Shown here in pieces: positions 14,418 through 25,700 of a stretch of DNA of 64,000 bases. Under the pieces are notes generated by a model. That model searched no databases. It was not told the DNA's origin and saw only the letters and a program-made list of their open reading frames with translations. The number at the start of each line of letters is the position of its first letter. Within the stretch, counting starts at the first letter, position 1. Both the position numbers and the translations under genes were made by a program. This stretch comes from Macrostomum lignano (lineage: Eukaryota). The stretch covers positions 62,001 to 126,000 of the forward strand of contig NIVC01001063.1 in assembly GCA_002269645.1 (NCBI GenBank), read 5' to 3'.

Positions 14418-16910
14418 ATGCCGCCACAGCTCAGCACTGAGCAGCGTCAGCAACTGGTTGGCATGCGCATGGCCGGCGCCTCCTACAGGCAGATCGCCAG
14501 CCGGCTGGGCATCTCCCTCGGCGCCGCGCACTACAATGCCGCCAAGCACCGCCTGCTGGGCACCGTAGCCAACCAGCCCAGGAGACTCAGCCGGATCAGC
14601 GGACCCCGGCAGGACTCAGAGCTGTGCAGCCTGGCCGCAGCGCACCCGCACCTGTCCTGCGAGTCTCTGGCTCGAGCCTGGTCCGTGCCGGCGTCCAGGC
14701 ACACCGTCAGGCGGCGGCTCATCTCGGCGGGCTTCCGCAGTCGGGCGGATCGGGGCAACTCCGCGCCTGCCGGAGGCGCCAAGTTCAGGGCCTGGTGCGC
14801 GGCGCGTCTGAAGTGGGCTCGGCTGCGGCTGCACTGGGGACCGGAGCACTGGGCCAGGTGAGACTCTGAGCTGGTCAGCTCTGATTGCACTGAGCACAGG
14901 TGAGACTCTGAGCTGGTCAGCTCTGATTGCACTGAGCACAGGTGAGACTCTGAGCTGGTCAGCTCTGATTGCACTGGGCCAGGTGAGACTTTGAGCTGGT
15001 CAGCTCTGATTGCACTGGGCCAGGTGAGACTTTGAGCTGGTCAGCTCTGATTGCACTGGGCCAGGTGAGACTTTGAGCTGGTCAGCTCTGATTGCACTGG
15101 GCCAGGTGAGACTTTGAGCTGGTCAGCTCTGATTGCACTGGGCCAGGTGAGACTCTGAGCTGGTCAGCTCTGATTGCACTGAGCACAGGTGAGACTCTGA
15201 GCTGGTCAGCTCTGATTGCACTGGGCCAGGTGAGACTTTGAGCTGGTCAGCTCTGATTGCACTGGGCCAGGTGAGACTTTGAGCTGGTCAGCTCTGATTG
15301 CACTGGGCCAGGTGAGACTTTGAGCTGGTCAGCTCTGATTGCACTGGGCCAGGTGAGACTTTGAGCTGGTCAGCTCTGATTGCACTGGGCCAGGTGAGAC
15401 TCTGAGCTGGTCAGCTCTGATTGCATTGCAGAGTTCTGTTCACGGACGAGACCTGCTTCAAGCTGACCGACTTTACCTGCCGAGGTCGTCAATGGCGAAT
15501 AAAAAATCTGAGCAGCAAAAAATCTTCGAGAGTGACGGAAGAGCGCAGGAATCCGGAGGCAGAGGCGTCGGGCCATGGGCAGCCAGGTGAGCAACGCCTC
15601 ACAAGGTAAGCAGGTAGAGAAGTGACATTGATGACATGTGCGTGCAGTTTAGCCATAGAAATCTGGATACAGCCGCCTAACTACATCTGAAAGTTAAGAA
15701 GTTTGCTCATTACTGAGAATGAGAAATTCAGGTCGCTGTGAAGTCTCAAGAGTGTGTTCTCAGGGTTCAGCGTCAGGATTGTAGCCACGATTTTTTATTT
15801 GGGATCGCCATTATATTTTGGGGAGCGCCAAAGCTACTGCAAGGGGCGCCAAAGCTACTTCTAGGGGACGCCAAAGCTACTTCAAGGGGGCGCCAAATCT
15901 ACTTCTAGGGGGCGCCAAAGCTACTTCAAGGGGGCGCCAAAGCTACTTCAAGGGGGCGCCAAATCTACTTCTAGGGGCGCCAAAGCTACTGCAAGGGGCG
16001 CCAAAGCTACTTCTAGGGGACGCCAAAGCTACTTCAAGGGGGCGCCAAATCTACTTCAAAGGGACGCCAAAGCTACTCCAAGGGGGCGCCAAATCTACTT
16101 CTAGGGGGCGCCAAAGCTACTTCAAGGGGACGCCAAAGCTGCTTGAAGGGAGCGCCAAATCTACTTCTAGGGGGCGCCAAAGCTACTCCAAGGGGGCGCC
16201 AAAGCTACTTCTAGGGGGCGCCAAAGCTACCGCGAGGGGGTGCATATGTTTTTGCCAAATGATCAGGGGGAGGGGGCCGCGGCCCCCTTGCCCCCCCCCC
16301 AACCCAACTGCATGCTGACCGAGGGTCGATTTGCGAGGGCCCAACTTGTATGCTGCCACATTTCAGAAGCAGGTCACAAGCTCCGGGCGTACAGCAGGAG
16401 CAGCCGCAGTGGCGCCAGTTCCCCTCGGTGTGGCTCTGGGCTGGCATCCACTTGACCGGCCAGAGCGAGGCCGTCTTCCCGGACAGCCTGACCGGCCCGG
16501 CTTACGCCCGCCTGCTGGAGGCGGTGGCCGCGCCCTACTGCCGGCGCCACCTGCCCGAAAGCTGCCTGCTCATGGACGACAACGCGCCGCACCATCGGAC
16601 GGTGCTGGTCGCCGAGGCCAAGCGGCGACTCGAACTCGCGACCGTTCAAGACTGGCCGGCTCGGTCGCCCGACCTGAACCCGATTGAGAACGCTTGGGCG
16701 CTGCTCAAAAGCCGAGTGCGGCAAAGGCGGCACGAACTGCTACTGGGGCGGGGCGACAGCCCGGGCGAGGATTCGGCGAAGCTCAAGCGAATCATTAAAG
16801 AGGAGTGGCGGCGAATGGGCGAGGAAGGCGTGGCGGCGAGACTGGTGGGGAGCATGCCGAGGCGATGCCAAATGGTCGTGGACAACAACGGAGGTCGAAT
16901 TAAGTATTGA
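14418..16910 (+). CDS. Intron-containing Tc1/mariner-family transposase (DD35E), about 385 aa; join(14418..14857,15432..15605,16367..16910)
   Basis: Paired-type HTH (SYRQIASRLGIS; SRHTVRRRL), HWAR|VLFTDE across intron 1, SVWLWAGI, LMDDNAPHH, WPARSPDLNPIENAW and LVGSMPRRC. Both introns are phase 2 and the frame is intact. Exon 3 could alternatively start at 16373. Confidence 0.88.
14846..15425. repeat. 41-bp minisatellite spanning the exon1/intron1 junction of the transposase gene
   Basis: Unit GCACTGGGCCAG|GTGAGACTCTGAGCTGGTCAGCTCTGATT, about 14 copies, each containing the donor site. Confidence 0.95.
15822..16230. repeat. About 22-bp GGGGCGCCAAA(G/T)CTACTTC tandem repeat in transposase intron 2
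   Basis: Visible tandem array. A related GGGCGCCCCTGT array lies at 20755-20985. Confidence 0.88.
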
Positions 16911-16914
16911 CTGG

Positions 16915-17620
16915 GGATCACCATGGGATCTGGGATCAGCATGGGATTTGTGATCAGCATGGGATTTGTGATCAGCATGGGATTTGTGATCAGCATGGGA
17001 TTTGTGATCAGCATGGGATTTGTGATCAGCATGGGATTTGTGATCAGCATGAGATTTGTGATCAGCATGGGATTTGTGATCAGCATGGGATTTGTGATCA
17101 GCATGGGATTTGTGATCAGCATGGGATTTGTGATCAGCATGGGATTTGTGATCAGCATGGGATTTGTGATCAGCATGGGATTTGTGATCAGCATGGGATT
17201 TGTGATCAGCATGGGATTTGTGATCAGCATGGGATTTGTGATCAGCATGGGATTTGTGATCAGCATGGGATTTGGGATCTGGGATCAACATGGGATTTGG
17301 GATCTGGAATCAGCATGGGATCTGGGATCAGCAGGGAATCTGGGATCAACATGGAATCTGGGATCTGTATGGGATAGGATCAGCATGAGATATAGGATCT
17401 GGGATCAGCATGGTATATGGCGTCAGCATGGGATCCACGATCTGGGATCAGCATGGGATTTGGGATCAGCATGGAATCTGGGATCAGCATGGAATCTGGA
17501 ATCTGTATGGGATGGGATCAGCATGGTATATGGGATCAGCATGGGATCCGGGATCTGGGATCAGCATGGGATTTGGGATATGGGATCTGGGATCAACATG
17601 AGATCTGAGATCAGCATGAG
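16915..17620. repeat. 18-bp minisatellite GATCAGCATGGGATTTGT starting just after the transposase stop
   Basis: Homogeneous core 16930-17270 with degenerate right half. Confidence 0.95.
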
Positions 17621-17986
17621 TATATATTCTATCGGAATATACGGTATAAGCGTGTTTATTTTGTATTTGCGACTCTGCAGAGTTTCTGAATTTTACCCAG
17701 CTGCATATTTATTTTTTATTCAAAATGTCTTAAATTGCTATTTGTATAGAAAATTAGACATGAATTTAACTTTCCGAGATACTTGTTTGTCCAAAGACGC
17801 ACCATTTTTACTTTTTCTAGATTTTATTCATCATAAATCCAATTTTAGCATGCTGATGGTACAAAAACGTGATATAGTATTATTTTTATTGTTAAATTTT
17901 TATTAGAACAAATAAAAACGCGAATCACGCTACTGAATTTGTCGAAGCAAGTAGTGTGCAATGCGAAATCATTTAATTTTACAATT

Positions 17987-18562
17987 TTACTGAGCAAAAT
18001 ACTTGGCCGCAGCCGCGTCCATTACACTGGCCAAGCGGACGTCTCGACTGGATAAGCCCCCGCAGGAGTGCGTGGTCAGGGTGACGTCAACTCGGTTGTA
18101 GACGTTGAACCACTCGGGGTGGTGGTCAAGCTTCTCAGCATTTAGAGCCGAGTGGGTCATGAAGGAAAATGCCTGCAATTGGGAGAAAATATCAACTGAT
18201 TTCAGCAAGTCAAATCTCATCCAGAATTATATTCAGCTAGAAAGAGTCCCCAAACCTGCTGAAAATCCTTGAACTTGTAACTCTTGGAGATGGCATCCCG
18301 GCCATCAACCAGTTTCCAGTTGCACTGCAACAGTGGGTCCAGCAGCTCCTGCCTTTGCTCTGGGCTCAGCGTGGAAGGGCCCTATGGTTGAAGACAATAT
18401 AACATAAAATCTAGGCAATAAATAAAAAAGCAAACACCCTAACAAAAATACCTTCTTAGATTTTGTTGGTGAAGAAGCATCCATGCTAAGTAGTCTGTGT
18501 CCAATACACTGCCACAGTCTGCAAGGAAGTACAAGGCCACAGCTTGCATACAAATGTTGCAT
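17987..18562 (-). CDS. PCBD: Pterin-4-alpha-carbinolamine dehydratase (PCBD/DCoH); join(18562..18452,18381..18256,18172..17987)
   Basis: [21 protein letters not shown]|[41 protein letters not shown]. Two phase-0 GT-AG introns; 423 nt in total. The N-terminal extension may be a targeting peptide (PCBD2-like). Confidence 0.92.
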
Positions 18563-19783
18563 TAAGATAGTTTTTCACTAGTAAATGGCATGCATGAGAG
18601 TGATAAACAATGTAATTAAATTTAAAGATAGTCATATTTAAGACTATCTTAATGAAATATTAAAAAAAACTGAAAATGGCCTAAATTTTTCTAAGAAACA
18701 AATATATCATGAAAAGAACTAGTTTTTTGCCACTTGATTAGTCTTGTTTTTGTTATTTTATTAGCCCTATTTATTTCCTAAATGACTTAAAGTTAAAGAC
18801 ATGACTATAAATGTAACTTAAAAATAAAAATAACTTAGGTTATCAATATAGACTAGACAATATTAGCAATATAGAATAGAAAGCATAGGACTTTGTTTGC
18901 TATCATTTAGAGAAAAATTATATCAAAATATTGCAAAAGTACTGCAATGATGGCTTTACTATGGAGTACAGAGAAAATATAGGGCCTAGTTAAAAATTCA
19001 TGAAAAAGAATTAAGGTACAAGTAATAATTAATAATAAGCAAAAGCAAACAAATACAATGACAAAGTCTGGTATGGTTTTAGTTTTTGTTTACTGTCCTT
19101 TTTGTTTTTTGACAATTTGAAGTTTACTGAAAAATACTTGGACAGAGGGAAAATTTAACGCCATTCCGATTGGTTTAAAAAACTTCAAGTTCTACTGTTG
19201 CTGTTTTTGAATCTAAGACGAACTGAAAAGATAACAGACGAAATGAGTGCACCCCGGCGACAGCAGGGCCCCTCAGCCAAGAAAAAAATGGGAAACAACG
19301 GTTAAGTCAGAAGTTCTAGCTGTTCTGTCACGAGTATAGTATAAAAATTGAAATCAATACGTACATCTAAATGTGTGCATCGTGAATGCATCGGTACCTT
19401 TGTTTTAAACGTTCTTGGAAAACATGGTTTTAAAATTTGTGTGTTTGTTAAATCGTGGCCGTCAAGTTATAACACCGATTTTTATGTTATTATTAACAAT
19501 CGTTTTTATCAATCAAAAGTACGAACACAAAACAAGATAAACGTACTTTTTTTAGAAACTTTAAACTTGCATAGCATTTAGGCACTTTTGAGTTTTGTTG
19601 ACTTTGTATCCAAGTCATTCAAATGATTTGCAAAAACTGATTTTTAATCATTTCTCTAGTCAGTAAAGAGTAGTACATTTAATTAGACTTTATTTTTCGT
19701 TTGTTCATAAACTGCTACGTGTTAGGCATACCAGTTTCTTAAAACAGAAAATAAGAAGCCTTTAGAGGCGGAGCCACAACCAA

Positions 19784-22700
19784 ATGTCTACTTGCGCACG
19801 CTTTGAAGTGGAGGTACAAGCAGTTGACGCTAGTTCTGCTTACACGGCCGTCGGATTAATTATCGGTCTCATCATCGGCTTCCTCCTGACTTTTATTCTA
19901 CTATGGATCTGCTGTTTTCATATGAAGGTACGCTTTATGATCCTTTAATAGCTAGAAATTTGAAGCATAAAGATATATGAAGCTGTCATTGTCAGTTGTC
20001 ACTTTGCCCCTGTGGCGAGTTGCAAGCTTTAATTAATAAAAGGCTTAATTTGTTAAGCATGATTTAAATTTAATTTTCTAAAATCTGCAAAAAACAAGAC
20101 CTAATTTTTCATATATAAGTTGATAAAAATTTGAAGTTTAAAGTTACAAAAATACTCCTGCGAAACTTATTCGAAATGTAATCTTTAATTTTAGAAGGCT
20201 TGAATATTCTTGTGTACCATTAAAGCTTTAATTTGGTATTTATTAATCCAATATTTGCTCTACTCTCACCCAGTTTCGCAGTCGCTCCTACAACACATGC
20301 TTCTTGGCCAAGCTCTATTCGGCTGGCGCAGAGCGCTCCTGCGGCGCTGTGAGTCATTTGACCTGCAGTTATACGAAATCCTTTGTTTATCAATAGCAAA
20401 TAAAGAGCTATACGAGCATAAATTCTTGTTTGCAGAAATTCAACGATAAGATGACCTGCTTGGATAGAAGAAACCTGGGAAGAGTGGAAGAAGCCGATCC
20501 GGTAAGAACTTTATTATGAAAGCCCACAATTGCATAATTTTTTTGGTAAAATTAACGGAAAAGAGACCACCTAGAGCATTTTACAAAAGTACATGTAATT
20601 GCAATAGAAAAAAATGAACAGCAGATTTAACTTCCGTTGCTTCCTGCACGCGGTAAATGTAAAGACACGAACTGATTTTAAAACTGAACTTTTTCAGTTT
20701 AAAACTGAACGCTGAGAAGGCCAAGGGTGGCCTGCAGCAAATGCGGCTCCAATACGCCGTCTCTTGGAGGGAGGGAGGGCGCCCCTGTCTCTTGGAGGGC
20801 GCCCCTGTCTATTGGAGGGCGCCCCATGTCTCTTGGAGAGCGCCCCTGTCACTTGGAGAGCGCCCCTGTCTCTCGGAGGGCGCCCCTGTCTCTCGCGCCC
20901 CCTGTATCTTAGCGGGTGCCCCCTGTATCTTAGCGGGCGCCCCCTGTATCTTAGCGGGCGCCCCCTGTATCTTAGCGGGCGCCCGTCTTTTTTGTGGTCG
21001 CTCTAGTCTCTGGGTAGGCGCGCCCTAATTGTGCCCATACCGTGTCTCCTACATGTAGGTCGGTGGATGCCACATCCAAGAGATAGCAAAATTGAGCTCC
21101 TGTCATTCGTTAACTTTTGTGGAGCAGCATATTTGTGGGGGCAATTATGCCCCCTCCCCTTCAGCTTACAACCCTGAGCTGCAAAAATCCAGTTGAGCAT
21201 TCTGAACGGTTTTGAATAATGTTACAATTTAAGCAGTCCGTGTGTCGACAAGCTGTTAACAATTTATTTTAGAAAAATAGCATATTGTTTATTAAAATAC
21301 AAACTGGCAGAATATTGTAAATCAGCCGTCCAAACTCGGAAGATAAGATAACGGTGCAGTCTCGCCAATTGGCATGATAGGTCAATGCCAAATTGGCGCT
21401 GCAAGGGGCATTTGTTGAAAGCCTTCCACACACAATACTTTAAAGCACATTAAAGTGCCTAAAATAGTTTAATAAGAGACATAAGAATAAGAATGTTAGA
21501 AGTCCTACTTATAAAATATAAAGGTATTTTAACAGTGATTTGAATTTGTTATAATAGTGTTCCTTTTTGGCACCGATTTGATTACCATTCAGTTTAATAA
21601 ATGACTAAAGCGGTGGAGTATTTTTGTTCAGTTTTGGCTCAGCTGACAGTCTCAGAAATCGCTAAACTTGAGTCGGCTTGAAATGTCTAAGGCAGGGGCC
21701 GGCAAAATTTTTACATCCAGGGCCAGATAAACAATCCAGCCCATGACTGCGGGCCTGCTAAGAGTGGAAAAGAGAGGGGATGGGGAGAGAGAAAAACGAG
21801 GAGATGAGAGATGGCAGAAGAGAGGAGAGGTGAGTGTCGAGATGAGAGCCTATGAGAGAAGAAATGAGTGAGAAGAAAGGAGATAAGATGAGAGGAGAGA
21901 GAAGGGGAGAGGAGAAGGAGAAAATAGAGAAGAGGAGAGAGAAGATAGGACAGTAGATGATAGGAGATGAGAGGAGAGCAGGAGAGGAGAGAGGAGATGA
22001 GAGTAGATATGAGAGGAGAGAGGAGATAGAAAATAAGAGGAGATATGAGAGGAGAGAGGAGATAAGAGGAGATAGAAAATAAGAGGAGATAGGAGAGGAG
22101 AGAGGAGATGAGAAGAGATAGGAGAGGAGAGAGGAGATGAGAGGGGATGGAAAATGAGAGGAGATAGGAGATGAGAGAGGAGAGAGGAGATGAGAGGAGA
22201 TAGGAGAGGAGAGGAGAGAGGAGAGAGGAGATGAGAGGAGAGGAGATCAGGAGAGGAGATATCTAAGAAGAGACAATCCTTGAGCGGGCCGGATCGCCAG
22301 TCTAAAGGGTCCAAGGACCCGATTGCCGGATAGAGAGACTTTGCGGGCCGGAGTTTGCCCACCCCTGGTCTAAGGAATTCGAGAATTTGTGCCGCCACCC
22401 GATTCAGAGCCTCCGCCGGGCGTCGGCAACATCCGGCAGTTCCCTGCGAATGCGCTCCATGCGGAACAGCCAATCGGAGGCTCGCAACAGCCGGAGGTCG
22501 CTGGTTCCCCCGACGGCGGAAGTCGGATCTGGCAAGGCGGGGGAGGACGGCGTCCTGGGCCGGCTGTGGCTGCTGCAGGCTGATGGTCAACAGGCGGCCG
22601 AGCGGCTGGCGATGATTGACGCGATTGCGCAGGTTACAGAGTGAGTCCGGGATGGGCTGGTGCTGGGCAGTGAAGCAGAATCCACATGGTTGGCGTACGG

Positions 22701-25700
22701 AATGCTGCAGGCTTCAGAATATCACGGAGAATTCAACAGTCTGTGTCCAACACAACTGTAATATCAGGGTGTCCGCCATGAGATACTCAAGGTTTCCAGC
22801 ATCACATTGTGGGGCCAGCGATTTGACCGGGTGTTCAATGTTAGATTTGGGTGTCCATTATAGTACATGCATGTATTTGAGTTTCAATTCAAAGAATTGG
22901 GGTGTCAGGTATAAGATTGGGGTGTCCGGTTTAAGATTGGGGTGTCCGCTATAAGATTGGGGTGTCCGGTTTAAGATTGGGGTGTCCGGTATAAGATTGG
23001 GGTGTCCGGTATTAGATTGGGGTGTCCGGTATTAGGTTGGGGTGTCCGGTATAAGATTGGGGTGTCCGGTATAAGATTGGGGTGTCCGGTATTAGGTTGG
23101 GGTGTCCGGTATTAGGTTGGGGTGTCCGGTATTAGGTTGGGGTGTCCGGTATTAGGTTGGGGCCCAGCCAAGCCAGTTTGGCACCGCAACACCCACCCGC
23201 AGGCAGGAGGGGGAGCAGGAGCTGCTGCAGCAGGACTGGGCCGCCACGGCCCGCCAAGAACGGGACCTCTGGCGCGCCCGCTTGCTGGGCTTGTGGCAGC
23301 TGACCGGGTCGCTGCTGAACCGCCTGCAAGCCGACGGTGACATCGACGAGGACACTCGGCGGAGGCTGCTGGCCGAGCACACGGACCAGATGGCCGGCGC
23401 CCAGGCCAGGGTTGAGGAGGAGCTCGCCGCGGCCCGGGAGGAGCGCAAGAAGCGTCAACTGTCTCGGAGCTCGTCGACCGATGCCACGGTGGTTGCGGCG
23501 GAGGAGGCAGAGGCGGCGTCGGAGGAGGAGGCGAAGCGGTCCGCCCGGCTGGACTCAGCGGCGCAGCTGGAGATGGCGCGGCTTCGGCGCCGGCTGTCTG
23601 GCCTGCCGAAGCTCGGCGCCGAGAAAGCGGACGCTCTGATGGCCGGCCTGAAGGTGAGGAGCTGGAAGGGCGATGCTTTGATGACGTTTCAAATGTCTGA
23701 ACACTTCTCTGGTGGCCATGAACTTACAGGCTGGAACTTATAGCTGTACAGGCTATTGGCTGGAGGTTGACTGCCCCGAGATTGCAGGTTACAGGCTACA
23801 GGTTATAGGTTACAGGCTGCAGGTTATAGGTTGCAGCCTACAGGTTATAGGTTACAGGCTGCAGGTTATAGGTTGCAGCCTACAGGTTATAGGTTATCTC
23901 GTAGGCTACAGGTTATAGGCCACAGCCTACAGACTAGAGGTTACAGGATGCAGGGCTACAGACTATGGGTTACATGCTACAGACTATAGGTTACAGGCTA
24001 CAGACTATAGGTTACATGCTACAGACTATAGGTTACAGGCTACAGACTATAGGTTACAGGCTACAGACTGTGGGTTACAGGTTACAGACTATAGGTTACA
24101 GGCTACAGACTATGGGTTACAGGTTACAGACTATAGGTTACAGGCTACAGACTATGGGTTACAGGCTACAGACTATAGGTTACAGGCTACAGACTATGGG
24201 TTACAGGCTACAGACTACAGGTTACATGCTACAGACTATAGGTTACAGGCTACAGACTATAGGTTACAGGCTACAGACTATGGGTTACAGGTTACAGACT
24301 ATAGGTTACAGGCTACAGACTATGGGTTACAGGTTACAGACTATAGGTTACAGGCTACAGACTATGGGTTACAGGCTACAGACTATAGGTTACAGGCTAC
24401 AGACTATGGGTTACAGGCTACAGACTACAGGTTACAGGCTACAGACTATAGGTTACAGGCTACAGACTACAGGTTACAGGCTACAGACTATAGGTTACAG
24501 GCTACAGACTAGAGGCTAACGGGCTACAGGCACTCGTGAGGCGAACTCCCAGACTCCAAATTCGCTCCCCCATCCCACAGGCCGGGGTTGCCAGGCTGGA
24601 AGGCCGGCTGGCCAACCAGCGGCTCCGTCAGTGCGCCGACATGGAGGCGGCCCTGGCTCGCCGTCGGCAGCTGCTGGCCCAGCAGATGGCGGCAGACGAG
24701 GAGGCCACGTACGGCATCGAGCAGCTGATGGAGTCCCGGCGGCTGCAGCTGGGCGGCCTGGTCCGCGATCAGAAGCTGAGCGACGGCGAGCGTCAGAAGA
24801 TCCTGGCAGCATATCAGAAGTCTCTGCTCAGACAGAAGGAGGCCTTCGAGAAGTGTGAGTCACACTGACACTGTCCTGCTATGGTATGTGGTCGTCGATG
24901 ATCACAAGACACCGTATTTTTGAACTTCACTCCATCCCTGTCACTCCATCCTTGTCACTCCATCCCTGTCACTCCATCCTTGTCACTCCATCCCTGTCAC
25001 TCCATCCTTGTCACTCCATCCCTGTCACTCCGTCCGCGTCACTCTGTCACTGTCACTGCATCCCTGGCATGGCACTCCATCCCTGGCACTCCATCCCTGG
25101 CACTGCATCCCTGTCACTCCATCCCTGTCACTCTATCCCTGTCACTCCATCCCTGACACTCTATCCCTGGCACTCCATCCCTGGCACTGCATCCCTGTCA
25201 CTGCATCCCTGACACTCCATCCCTGGCACTCCATCCCTGGCACTCTATCCCTGGCACTCCATCCCTGTCACTGCATCCCTGTCACTCCATCTCTGTCACT
25301 CTATCCCTGTCACTCCATCTCTGTCACTCCATCCCTGTCACTGCATCCCTGACACTCCATCCCTGGCACTCCATCCCTGGCACTCAATCCCTGGCACTCA
25401 ATCCCTGGCACTCCATCCCTGTCTTTCCATCCCTGTCACTCCATCCCTGTCACTCTATCCCTGTCACTCCATCCCTGTCACTCTATCCCTGTCTCTGCAT
25501 CCCTGTCACTCCATCCCTGGCACTCCATCCCTGTCACTCCATCCCTGTCTCTGCATCCCTGTCACTCCATCCCTGGCACTCCATCCCTGTCACTGCATCC
25601 CTGTCACTCCATCCCTGTCACTCTATCCCTGTCATTCCATCTCTGTCACTCCATCCCTGACACTCTATCCCTGTCATTCCATCTCTGTCACTCCATCCCT

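Noticed and set aside
14000-17900. TIRs for the intron-containing Tc1 transposase
   Set aside because: No inverted pair with TA flanks seen; the flanks are a SINE and a minisatellite.
16646-17906. MGFVIS, HGICDQ and KSHADH repeat ORFs
   Set aside because: Translations of the 18-bp minisatellite downstream of the transposase stop.
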